A stretch of DNA of 56,944 nt, counting the filler, from Sphacelaria rigidula (Eukaryota): assembly GCA_964200075.2 (NCBI GenBank). It is 5 parts of 5 records of this genome, joined end to end, with 100 filler letters (N's around TTAATTAATTAA, not from the genome) between each part and the next. Parts side by side here need not be neighbours in the genome. Positions count along the whole stretch, not along the records: positions 45,638 to 56,944 come from CAXNAA020005089.1; 4 more parts are not named here. One strand, 5' to 3'. Every line of letters begins with the position of its first letter. The stretch's first letter is position 1. This document shows, in pieces, positions 47,801-56,944 of the stretch. A program made the translations under genes and the position numbers. The notes beneath the pieces are model-generated. The model was given only the letters and a program-made list of their open reading frames with translations, did not search any database and was not told where the DNA came from.

Positions 47801-48014
47801 GGGTATATGTAATACGTGGGAGGACCGCGTGCTTAGAGGACCGCAACGTAGTTCAAAATACCTTAGGATCGACGTTTTTCAAAACCAATCGGGTCAGTCC
47901 CTGCAGGTACCACGCCCCTGACCCTAACCCCAACACTAACCCTAACCCTAACCATAGGGATGTTCAAATTCCGATGCGGTCCTCTAAGCACGTGGTCCTT
48001 TCACGCATTACACC
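47801..48014. mobile_element. MITE with ~40-bp TIRs enclosing degenerate (CCCTAA)n
   Basis: TGTAATACGTGGGAGGACCGCGTGCTTAGAGGACCGCAACG / CGATGCGGTCCTCTAAGCACGTGGTCCTTTCACGCATTACA (36/41 match). GCTT on both flanks is a possible 4-bp TSD. CCCTAA-like hexamers at 47916-47953. Confidence 0.8.
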
Positions 48015-48962
48015 GCTTTGAGAAGCAACGGCACCCGGTAGCGCACAGTTGTATGACTACTACAGTAGAGTCACGATATACAGTAGTGCTTCAGTTGCAT
48101 GTTACGTTGCTGACCTTGAGGGTGCGGTAGCTGCACTCATTGGCGCGAACATATGTCGCTTCCCCACCAGTCATCACACTACCGAGGACGATTTGCCCCG
48201 CCGAAATCGTCAACAGTATCGAACGGCCCTTCATGCTACTGTTGTTGCTCGATCTTGCGAAACGTCGTCGGCTTTGGTGATATCTGTAGTTACAGATTGC
48301 TGATGGCGTGGCGACGGGCTGCTGTCTTCGGCAGGAAAAGTGGATGGTCCCAAGATATTTTCCGGTTCTCTTTCGTGAGTTTGTGAAGTGGGGATCCTGT
48401 GCGACTGAATGGGGGTGGGCGGGTGGCGTGGGCAGCAGGTGGTGGTCGGGAACTTTCCTCGGCGCGATTGGTTTCAGCGCCGCGATCGATTCAGCGGCCG
48501 ACCTGACATACTGTGTTACGGGGAGTCACCTCGAGATAGATTCAGAACATGGGCCAGATTGATTTGGTGGATAGGGGATGAATTGACAGGCTCATCGCAT
48601 GCGGGTAAACTGTGTAGTAGCACAATAAACTACGGAATATAGTGCCCTGGATAGCCACCCGTTGATATCAAATCTTTAGATCGATGTGATACACACACAC
48701 ACAACTTGGCATGGGCATAGACGTAGGTGTTGACCTCGCGAAATCATCGTCGGGATGGACCTATTTTGGCGTGATCTCAGCGCAGAATTTTTCATCATGG
48801 TCGTTTGAGCGAATTACTGTACAGCTCGGTATCACTACAGATTACAGGTTGTGGTAATCTTTTCCGGGCCTTGCGGTCTCGGCCGCTGTACTGTGGTACG
48901 AACACCCAAACTTGTTTGGGTCAAAAAGGATGCCGTTGGGATCTCTCTGTTTTCGGGATATG

Positions 48963-48984
48963 TATATATATATATATATATATA
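48963..48984. repeat. (TA)n microsatellite
   Basis: Read directly from the sequence. Confidence 0.9.
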
Positions 48985-49715
48985 CCGAAATTTGCCAGGG
49001 TCTTCCATATGCGTAGGTGACAGATAGAATCGACAAAGTTGCCCCTGAAAATCACGCGCTGGTCGATACCTGGCAGGCAATCTCCTGCATGGTAATGTCA
49101 ACAAGCGCCTTCTTCATCTTGAGTGGCACAAAACTGTCGTTTCGAATCCTAACACACACTAGACAGCAGCAGTACCAAAAAAGTATGAGCAGCGTGGATA
49201 CACACACGGGTTGAGTACGATTCAGCGCACAAGAAGGCGGTACGGTTCAGACCGAATATACGAAAATACCGTGATCGTAACAAAGAGTAACGTATAGTGG
49301 AGTGAGGGCAGCTCGGCACAATAAAGATATAGTATCCGCCAGTATCGTGGAGAGAGCCAGACGTCGCCATTTTGGCAGTGGTTCAAAAGGAGCCAGGTGA
49401 ATACTGACTGTACAAACTACCGATACGTTCGCTCTCCCATGTATTCTGGAGGCGAAAACATCCCTAACTTCAGCACCCGAGAGTTCACCGCTTGTTTTCC
49501 TCCGTATGATCAAATAACCCGTTGAGCGCCGGCTCATCATTCGACAAAAAATGTAGCTTCTTGAGAGCTGAGAGGAGCATTTGGGTATGGGTATGGGGAG
49601 CGCTGGCTTTCTGGTAGACATGTGTGTGTCAGGTGGAGAAAGTGAAGCCGCACTGCCAACAATATACACCTTCCGTACGTTTATGATGACACTGGTGTTC
49701 CTGTAGCATTGTGTT

Positions 49716-49816
49716 GCTTGACAGCGAGAGAAGGTAATCAATCTCTTGAATCGGCACCAATTTCACTTGAAAAAAGTACACATGATCCAGATAAGACTAC
49801 CCTCGCGGTCTAAGGG
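49716..49816 (+). mobile_element. piggyBac-like ~100-bp MITE, degenerate copy
   Basis: Similar to 50759-50863; ends CGCGGTCTAAGGG|TTAA. Confidence 0.65.
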
Positions 49817-50343
49817 TTAACTTCTTTCCAGGCGGCCTTGTAACCTAGGAGCTACATGGAGCAAACGCCCCCCTGTTGGATACACGATAGTGCTGTACAA
49901 ACTTGTACTGTATTACATGGTACTGGACTGACTACCTCAAAAGAGTGCTCCCGGTCTCGCTCACTGTCTTGAAAGTGCAACGTAAAACGCGGCGCAATAT
50001 GTGCCTCTTCACAGCATAAGCGCAGGAACACCATTATGACCACAGACCACAGACATACTGCCTAGTGTCCCCTACTGCGTGGACACGTGGGCACAAAGTG
50101 CAGAATATCATGCCGTACAAATGGAAGCATCCAATACAAAGCAAAAAATGTAGCAACTGCGAAGTAGAAACGCAGGTGCTTTTGTAGTAGTTACCATTAC
50201 CACACCTACAAAGGCTTGACACTGGATAAACAACCCAACACTATCAAAGCTGAATCTCTGGAACTCATTGCACCCGCAGAAACAAAGCACACAGACGAAC
50301 CGTAGATGGTCATCGCCTGAGCTGTGCGGGACCTTACTTATAA

Positions 50344-50444
50344 CCCGTAGACCGCGATGCGGGTAGTCCATCTGGGACACACGTGCTTTTTTCATGCGAA
50401 AATGATGCCGATTCAGTTGGTAACCTACCCTCGTAGTCAAAGGG
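50344..50444 (-). mobile_element. piggyBac-like ~100-bp MITE
   Basis: ATAA|CCCGTAGACCGCG...GTAGTCAAAGGG|TTAA; reverse-complement copy of 50759-50863. Confidence 0.75.
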
Positions 50445-50758
50445 TTAATTAAAAAGCAATGTTTTCGTGAGATTGAGAGAAGAGGATACGATCGAGAGTG
50501 GAAAGCGGTCAAGTAATGAAGGATTCGTTTCAGTTCCGAAATGCCCCTCCACGAGGTCCAATATGCTTTCTGTAGTTGCTTGGCACTGAGGCCCTTGCTC
50601 TCCGTGAGTAGAATGTCGATGTGTAGCTGTAAGCACACGCCAGAGATGGAGGCAAACAAAATCACACACAGGATGAATAACTGGATAAGTTAAAGCGATT
50701 GATCAAATCCACTCTCAATCAGCGCTCTACTCTCGTTCTCACGAATACGATGTTTTAA

Positions 50759-50863
50759 CCCTTCGACCGCGAGGATAGGTCACCTGCTGAATCGGCATTA
50801 ATATTCACTTGAAAAAAATTATGCATGGTACAGATATGGACTACCCGCACCGCGGTCTAAGGG
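50759..50863 (+). mobile_element. piggyBac-like ~100-bp MITE
   Basis: TTAA|CCCTTCGACCGCG...CGCGGTCTAAGGG; 13-bp TIR with CCC/GGG termini. Confidence 0.75.
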
Positions 50864-52614
50864 TCCAGTTTGCTCGGAATTCATTGACGATGAATTGTGT
50901 AAGACGCGCGCGAACCGGTGCTACTGTCCAGAATCCAATGAGAAACGATCCGGAATATGATGCCCATTCGATGTATGGAGTAATGCCAACTGACAAGTGA
51001 AAAAACGTTGCACGCGCCGCGCCTCATCGTAAAAATAGCTGCTCATCACTCGAACTGTGCGTGGCCCATGCGAAAACATGTACCCCCTCTGGGCGGATTT
51101 ATAAGCAAGGTTCGGACCGAAAGCGGTCTAACAATGTGGGACGTACGTACAGAAAAACGGTGCGTTGTGTGTCCCTGTTCCCAGCTGCAGTGCCGCTGCC
51201 AGTAGAAAAGTTGGCCATCGCACCTAGGTTGCCGCACACACGAGTACAGATACTATCACCAGCAACGAGTATCATTCATCTAGCAGCGGCTGACTGGTAT
51301 AAGCAGCATAACAAGTAGGGAGAAGTAGGCAAGAATTAGCACGCTTCGCAGAGGATCGATCGTGCGGGACTGGCACACTGTCTGTAGCTGAGAGGCGATT
51401 GTCCTGGGTTCCATGTACGATTCTACGGGATCGACAACCCGTGCATCTGCGCAACGGAATCGGAGACTGCTGGATGACTCCCTCACGGTAGGTCGAATGT
51501 CACATCACAGGTCCACAGCTCCGGTTGCGCCGAGAAGGAAGGAGACTGCATGGTGTATAACACCCCTAAAGTGAACAGTCTTGAATCTGTACTTGTCTAG
51601 CGCTGAGTGCAAAAAAAAAGTGTCCTACTGTACAATACCCGAGATGTTTTGTTCATTGTTGGGAATACCTTAGATATTTTTGGGCTGCACCGTTCGCGAT
51701 GTAGTGGTCGCCAAAGTTCCGAAAAACATGTGTTTGAGGATTGCCGCTATGGCGGATGTTGCACTCCACCGACTTATGATGATACAACAGTACATTACGG
51801 TCCTACACAGTACAGGGATAGGGTGCACTACGCTCGGTGCCTGTGACAGCAGCAGTGCAGTCTCTAGCGCGCAATTTAATTGCCAACGGGTTGTACAGAG
51901 TTTCATTTCCTAGGCACGGTTGTATAGCTCAAGTGGTGAGAGTTCTCCGCATTGCTCAAAGTGACTCGGATCTGGTACTCCTATTTCTCGCGCGAACTGG
52001 ATCTCCGAGCAACAGTTTTCAGCAACACAGACCTGGTGTTAAGTTTACAAGTATTGTAGTCACCACTAGCGTCCTTGAGGCCCTCCTGGGTGTCGATGAT
52101 GAGACTCAGCTGAGGGGGGATTTTATGGCGCAACTTCATGGAATTCGACCGGTGAAGTGGTGACATCGCCACAGCAGTAGACGTGAAACTTTGGGCGTAT
52201 ATCTATGGTTGACAGCATAACTACAGTACGAGTGCTTGATTGTAGACTTGAGAAGGTTCTGAGGGGGAAAATATGGTTTTGGAGCAGGTGGACCCAGCTC
52301 GTCCAGAACGTGTTTTTGTCGAAATCGGGCCTGCGGCGTCGATTTGACGTCTACCAACGCACACTTTGCCTCGGGCGTATGTACCCCCCTTGCCCGAGGA
52401 CCTCGTATGCCTTGGATCGGGGTTAGGGTTTGCGTTATTGTTAGTTCGTTCGATAAAATCAACCATAAATCTACGCTTCCACAATAGCGGCATGCGCTCA
52501 CCATTTTGTTTTTTTGCGCTTGCGATCGCGTGCGGAATTCCACAAGAATCGGCTCTTTGAATCGGCGGAGGAATTCACACAACTTGGGTTGCGCCGATCA
52601 GTATTATTCACCAC

Positions 52615-55598
52615 TTGGGAGGGTGGGAAATTTCTCAGATAGTTCGACTTGATTCTAGCGTGCCCACCCCAGTTTTGCATGCAGCAGGGACCAGTTACGC
52701 CATTCATGAACGTGGGGCCAGTTACCCCTTCTGTGACCATGGGGCCAGTTACCCCTTCAGTGACCGTGTGGCCAGTTACCCCTTGAGCGTTCATGGGGCC
52801 AGTTGCCCCTTAAGTGATCATGGGGCCAGTTACCCCTTCAGTGACAGTGGGGCCAGTTACCCCTTGAACGATCATGGGGCCAGTTACCCCAGCAGTGGTC
52901 GTGGGGCCAGTTACCCCTTGAGCGATCATGGGGCCAGTTACCCCTTCAGTGACAGTGGGGCCAGTTACCCCTTGAACGATCATGGGGTCAGTTACCCCTT
53001 AAGTGATCATGGGGCCAGTTACCCCAGCAGCGACCGTGGGGCCAGCTACCCCTTGAGTGATCATGGGGCCAGTTACCCCAGCAGCGACCGTGGGGCCAGT
53101 TACCCCAGTAGGGACCGTGGGGCCAGTCACCCTAGTAGTGAACATGGGGCCAGTTACCCCATTTCTGACGATGAGGCCTTCACTGAACATGGGGCCAGTT
53201 ACCCCTCCAGTGAACACGACGACAGGTATTCCACCAGTGATCGTAGGATCAGTTGCCACTTCAGTGAACACACGGCCAGTTACCCTGCGCGCGAACCAGG
53301 GGCCAGTTACCCCGCTACTAATCTCTCAACGGATCAAGGAGCCAGTAGTTCCGCGTCCGGTATCAGACAGAAAACAGGTATATCATGGGTTAGTTTTCAG
53401 ACTAGCGGGTCGGCGGCGGTGCCTCCTCCTGAACTAGTAGCACTGTGGTACTCAGAAAAAGGAGAGCTGGAAAAATCAGGTATCACAGACAAGAAATAAG
53501 AAGACATACTGTACAGACTCGCAAATATCTGCACGCGCATCACAGAGAAACAAGGTGGACGCATTGGGGATGTCGCGAGGTCTATCGGGGGACCGCTAGT
53601 CACGCCGCCGGTAGACCCGCACGAGATCAGGATGTATTTCGGGGAGAACAAGGGTTTCCCGCAGACAGACAAACTCGTTACTATCGTAGCCACAGGTGTC
53701 CCCGTCGGCGCGACAGTCACTGCATCCCCCACACAAGAGAACCTCGACTGCGCACTACAGTATGGCAACCACAGTAGCGCCCACGATCAACTACCAAACA
53801 TTTGGGAAAAACTGGGGGATGATGTACGAAGGGGAACGTGTCTGATGGTCGAAAAGTCGGCCGCCCGAAAAATCCCGAACCTGCGGTTGTCCCCCCTGGG
53901 AGCAGTAACCACACACACAAAGACCGCATAATCAACGATTTGTACGATGCGCAGGGCACTCGGAAAAGAAAAGGAGGGCTGAACGGTGATATAAACCCTG
54001 AAGACGTGCCGGCCTGTTTATGCGGAGAAGCGCTTCAGAAGTTCCTCAAAGAGCTCATTTCGTTGCGAAAACAACTACCTCAAAACCGCATACTAATGGC
54101 AAAGGTCGATGTACCGGATGCGTCTCGCAATGTGAGGATAGATCCAGACCACGCCCATCAATTCGGCTGTGTTGTGAAAAACCTAGTCGTGTGTGACTTC
54201 CGGCTCACGTTCGGCTGGTCAGGCTCACCAGGTTTCTGGGGAGTATTGGCATCGGCGGCAGAACACGCCTACTGCAACACGAACATTGACGACGCGGCTT
54301 TACTACCAGAAGGCAAAGAGATGACAGCTCACGTAAAGATAGTCGATAGGTGGGAAACGGGGGACCGACCCCACACCAATTCCAAAAGATTCTACGATCA
54401 CCCCACACCCAGCAGGAGGCTTACAGGATAATTTCTTCACGTCAGTGTGCGTAGACGACTACCTGCAGATTCGCGTACAGCACTCCGATGACGACATGAG
54501 CGCATTGATCGCGTCCGCGTCCCTCGCATCCGACCACGTCAGACTCTTCGGCAACGGAGAAGAAGGCGAGACACCTGTTCTAGCCCCCCAAAAGAGTACA
54601 GATTGGGATGCCGAGATGGAGCCGTTGGGCCTGACCATTAACTCGGACACTATGCGGGTTTTCAAATCCCGCGAGAAGGTCGAGGCGCGCCGACAGACGT
54701 TGCTAACCGAGTGGCCCTCCACTCGACGTTCAGCGACTGGTAGAGAAATACTGAGCCTGGCCGGAAAGCTGTTGAACCTTACATACGCAATGCGACCAGG
54801 TAAATAGTTCGTATGGAGGACTGCGACTTGCAGGGCTTCATGATTCTAGAGCGAGAGACAACCAGAGCCGCATAGTAGAGGTAGGAAAAGAATTTCACGC
54901 CGACCTGAACTTTTGGAAGGAGGCGATCGACGAAAAACTCCTGCAGCATGGTGAGTCTCTGAGTGCACCCTGCTACTCCTTAGTAAAGCGACCTGCCCAC
55001 CGACACTACCTCTAGGACGCACGAATCGAAGCCGTAGGCGGATACTGCCCGGAAAAAATAACATACTGGAGATACGACTTACCACCGGAACTTATTGCAG
55101 AACTCAAAAGAAAAGCTCAACTTCGCGAAACATGCACAATCACGATTAACCTCTTGGAACTCCTGGGGATGGTAGTCACCGCTTGGGTCATGCTCGAATT
55201 GGTAAACGACAAACCCAAAAACCAGGGCGAACCAATCTGAATGCGCGGGGACAACGTAGCGGTATTCACGTGGATCAACCGGTGCGGGGGTGCAAAAGAT
55301 AAACGCGCAGGGTTACTCATAAGAACCCTCGGGAGGCTGGAAATCACGGGGGAGTGGAGCCACGAGGCAAAACACATTCAAGGGATCCAAAATGTACTAG
55401 CGGATGAAATTTCACGCTGGCCACGGGCGGAGGGCGGAGGTAGCCAGACGAGTAAGGGAGCACACCAACGACAGTAACTGGTCAGAACAAGCCATCGGTC
55501 CACGGGGGGAGAGCATCTTTCACGCCATCCTAAAAACCAAGAATATCACCGTCCGACACGACAAAACGCTGTGGACGCGCATGATGGAACCCAGTTGA
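52615..55598 (+). pseudogene. RT/RNase H ORF of the YR retroelement, disrupted
   Basis: LSPLGAV..K.RIINDL, MAKVDVPDASRNVRI, RLTFGWSGSPGFW and CVDDYL (YxDD site, 54448-54465). RH INLLELLGMV...GDNVAV...HIQGIQNVLADEISR. Several stops and frameshifts. Confidence 0.85.
52687..53315 (+). repeat. 27-bp coding minisatellite (~24 units; 9-aa repeat HGASYPLSD)
   Basis: Conserved core GGGGCCAGTTACCCC plus a 12-bp variable part; open in ORF 52615-53499. Confidence 0.95.
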
Positions 55599-55888
55599 CG
55601 ATGTAATACTCGAACAACGAAACAAAAGTACCATAATCGAAAACAACCACAACACAGACATGAATATATAAATAGTGTATTTATATATAGGGTACTCAGT
55701 CACGTACCGTACATATAAAAATGACTCACCACCCTGCATACGACAGAGACGGTCATGGGGTCACTGGATAAGACATCAAGCCACCCTCCAACCTCACCCT
55801 CCACCCCTCTTCCTCCCCCCTGAACGCAGGAACAGGAGAAACCGGGGGGCACAGCAGGGAGGAAGCAGCGCGTATAGTTCAAGCGCTG

Positions 55889-56913
55889 GTGCTGGGGGGC
55901 GTTGGGGGTAGCACCCACAGGACGTATGAAGCGCGTTTTCAAGTGTGGGGAAAATTGCGCTGTGCACAGGGACAATCCCCCTGGTTGACTGAAAACGATG
56001 AGCCGGACGACGTGATCAATTCGCTGACCGAGTTCATGCCTATGCGATGTTTCGTGCACAACAACCAACATTCCACCATAAGAGGTTACCTCGCCGCTAT
56101 CAAGTATTTTCATGAAGTGTATGTCGGATGGGACTTATCTACAACGCACGGCAGGATTAGGGCTGTAGGAAAAGGGGTTTATAGAGCTCACGCATCGACT
56201 CAAGGAAAACCGCGCATCAGGCGGCCGTTGACTTGGGCATTGCTAAACAAGGGCGACAGACAGTAACTGACGATCCGGATGGGGGTCATGTCATGTGGCT
56301 TGGTCTCGCGCTCTCGTGTTTTTTGCTGTGCAGGGCATTCGAGTTGTGGGCGTACCCCAACGGTACCGCCCATCCAGAATTCTGCTCAACCCGCAATTGC
56401 ATCAGTTTTTTCGGGAAGACGTACAATTAGATTTCGCGAACCGCGCGTTTGCGAACCAAGTAAAGATTCAACTCGTTGCCTCCAAATCCGATAAAAAAAA
56501 GTACAAGTTGCATCATCATGAGAACAAGGGTTGTTGATTCGGTGCGATCGGGCGGAGTACCGGCGGGCGCGTTCGAGGCGCTGTTGGACTTGTTGGACGT
56601 GCACCCACAACTGCTAGGCCACGCACCCCTGATCACGAGAGCCACGCCGACGGGATGGAAGGCTTTTACTCGGATTGAAGTAGTAACCGCGTTAAAAACC
56701 ATGGCCAGCCGTGCGGGTAGAGACCCGTCCGAATACGCCTTACACTTAGGCAGGATTGGTGGGGCCACGCAACTAGCGACTCGAGGAATCTCCGAACTAC
56801 ATGTTCAACGAGCAGGACGGTGAAAGTCGAGGGCGTCTATGGTTTACGTCGGGGAGGCGAGGGAGGGCGCAAAGGGCGTCTCCGTCGCGCTAGGGGAACA
56901 GCGAGTAGGGTAG
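55889..56913 (+). pseudogene. Tyrosine recombinase of the YR retroelement, disrupted
   Basis: Core-binding part STIRGYLAAIKYFH; catalytic R in FLLCRAFEL; HxxR in YALHLGRIGGATQL; GR*KS (TGG>TGA at 56821); Y in MVYV (~56845). Frameshifts near 56260 and 56420. Confidence 0.85.
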
Positions 56914-56944
56914 CCAGACGTTCAAAGAGTCATCCTACGATAGG

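Larger units (their letters stand above)
52550..56944 (+). mobile_element. Tyrosine-recombinase retrotransposon (DIRS order, Ngaro-like), decayed
   Basis: RT, RNase H and YR in order on the + strand; no DDE integrase, protease or recognisable methyltransferase. The 5' boundary is approximate and the 3' end runs to the contig end. Confidence 0.88.

Noticed and set aside
51915..51990. tRNA-like start GGTTGTATAGCTCAAGTGGTGAGAG
   Set aside because: A-box/D-arm-like only; no B-box/T-arm or acceptor stem, so not a tRNA. At most a decayed SINE head.
52687..53315. CRISPR-like look: palindromic constant core with variable spacers
   Set aside because: The core is only 15 bp and the 12-bp spacers are related to one another and recur. 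The array is in-frame coding within a eukaryotic retroelement, and there are no cas genes.
34230..56944. Gypsy and YR retroelements as a linked or hybrid system
   Set aside because: They are on different contigs separated by an artificial spacer.

Overview
This is eukaryotic nuclear DNA, most likely from a brown alga or related stramenopile (inferred from short exons, ~1-kb GT-AG introns, moderate GC and the repeat landscape). It is not one locus. Five contigs of 11310, 11310, 11309, 11308 and 11307 bp, sorted by length, are joined by artificial N44-TTAATTAATTAA-N44 spacers, so adjacency across spacers is meaningless. Contig 1 (1-11310) holds 10 internal exons of the cytoplasmic dynein-1 heavy chain (AAA4 to stalk and microtubule-binding domain) and a young hAT-type MITE. 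Contig 2 (11411-22720) holds a 222-bp gap-free foldback (candidate pre-miRNA/hpRNA or MITE), the 3' exons of a minus-strand Gly/Ser/Gln-rich protein, and stacked LINE/SINE ends. Contig 3 (22821-34129) holds five small + strand exons, not recovered as a gene by the ORF track, that splice in frame into the C-terminal part of a peptidyl-serine galactosyltransferase / Hyp-arabinosyltransferase-like glycosyltransferase. One of its introns carries a composite TIR element that appears to have captured coding-like DNA. Contig 4 (34230-45537) is a decayed ~11-kb Ty3/Gypsy element with a very long gag and an integrase ending in chromo-like plus Tudor-like modules. Contig 5 (45638-56944) holds MITEs and a decayed DIRS/Ngaro-type tyrosine-recombinase retroelement whose RT frame starts with a 9-aa tandem repeat. 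No CRISPR array, rRNA or intact tRNA is supported.
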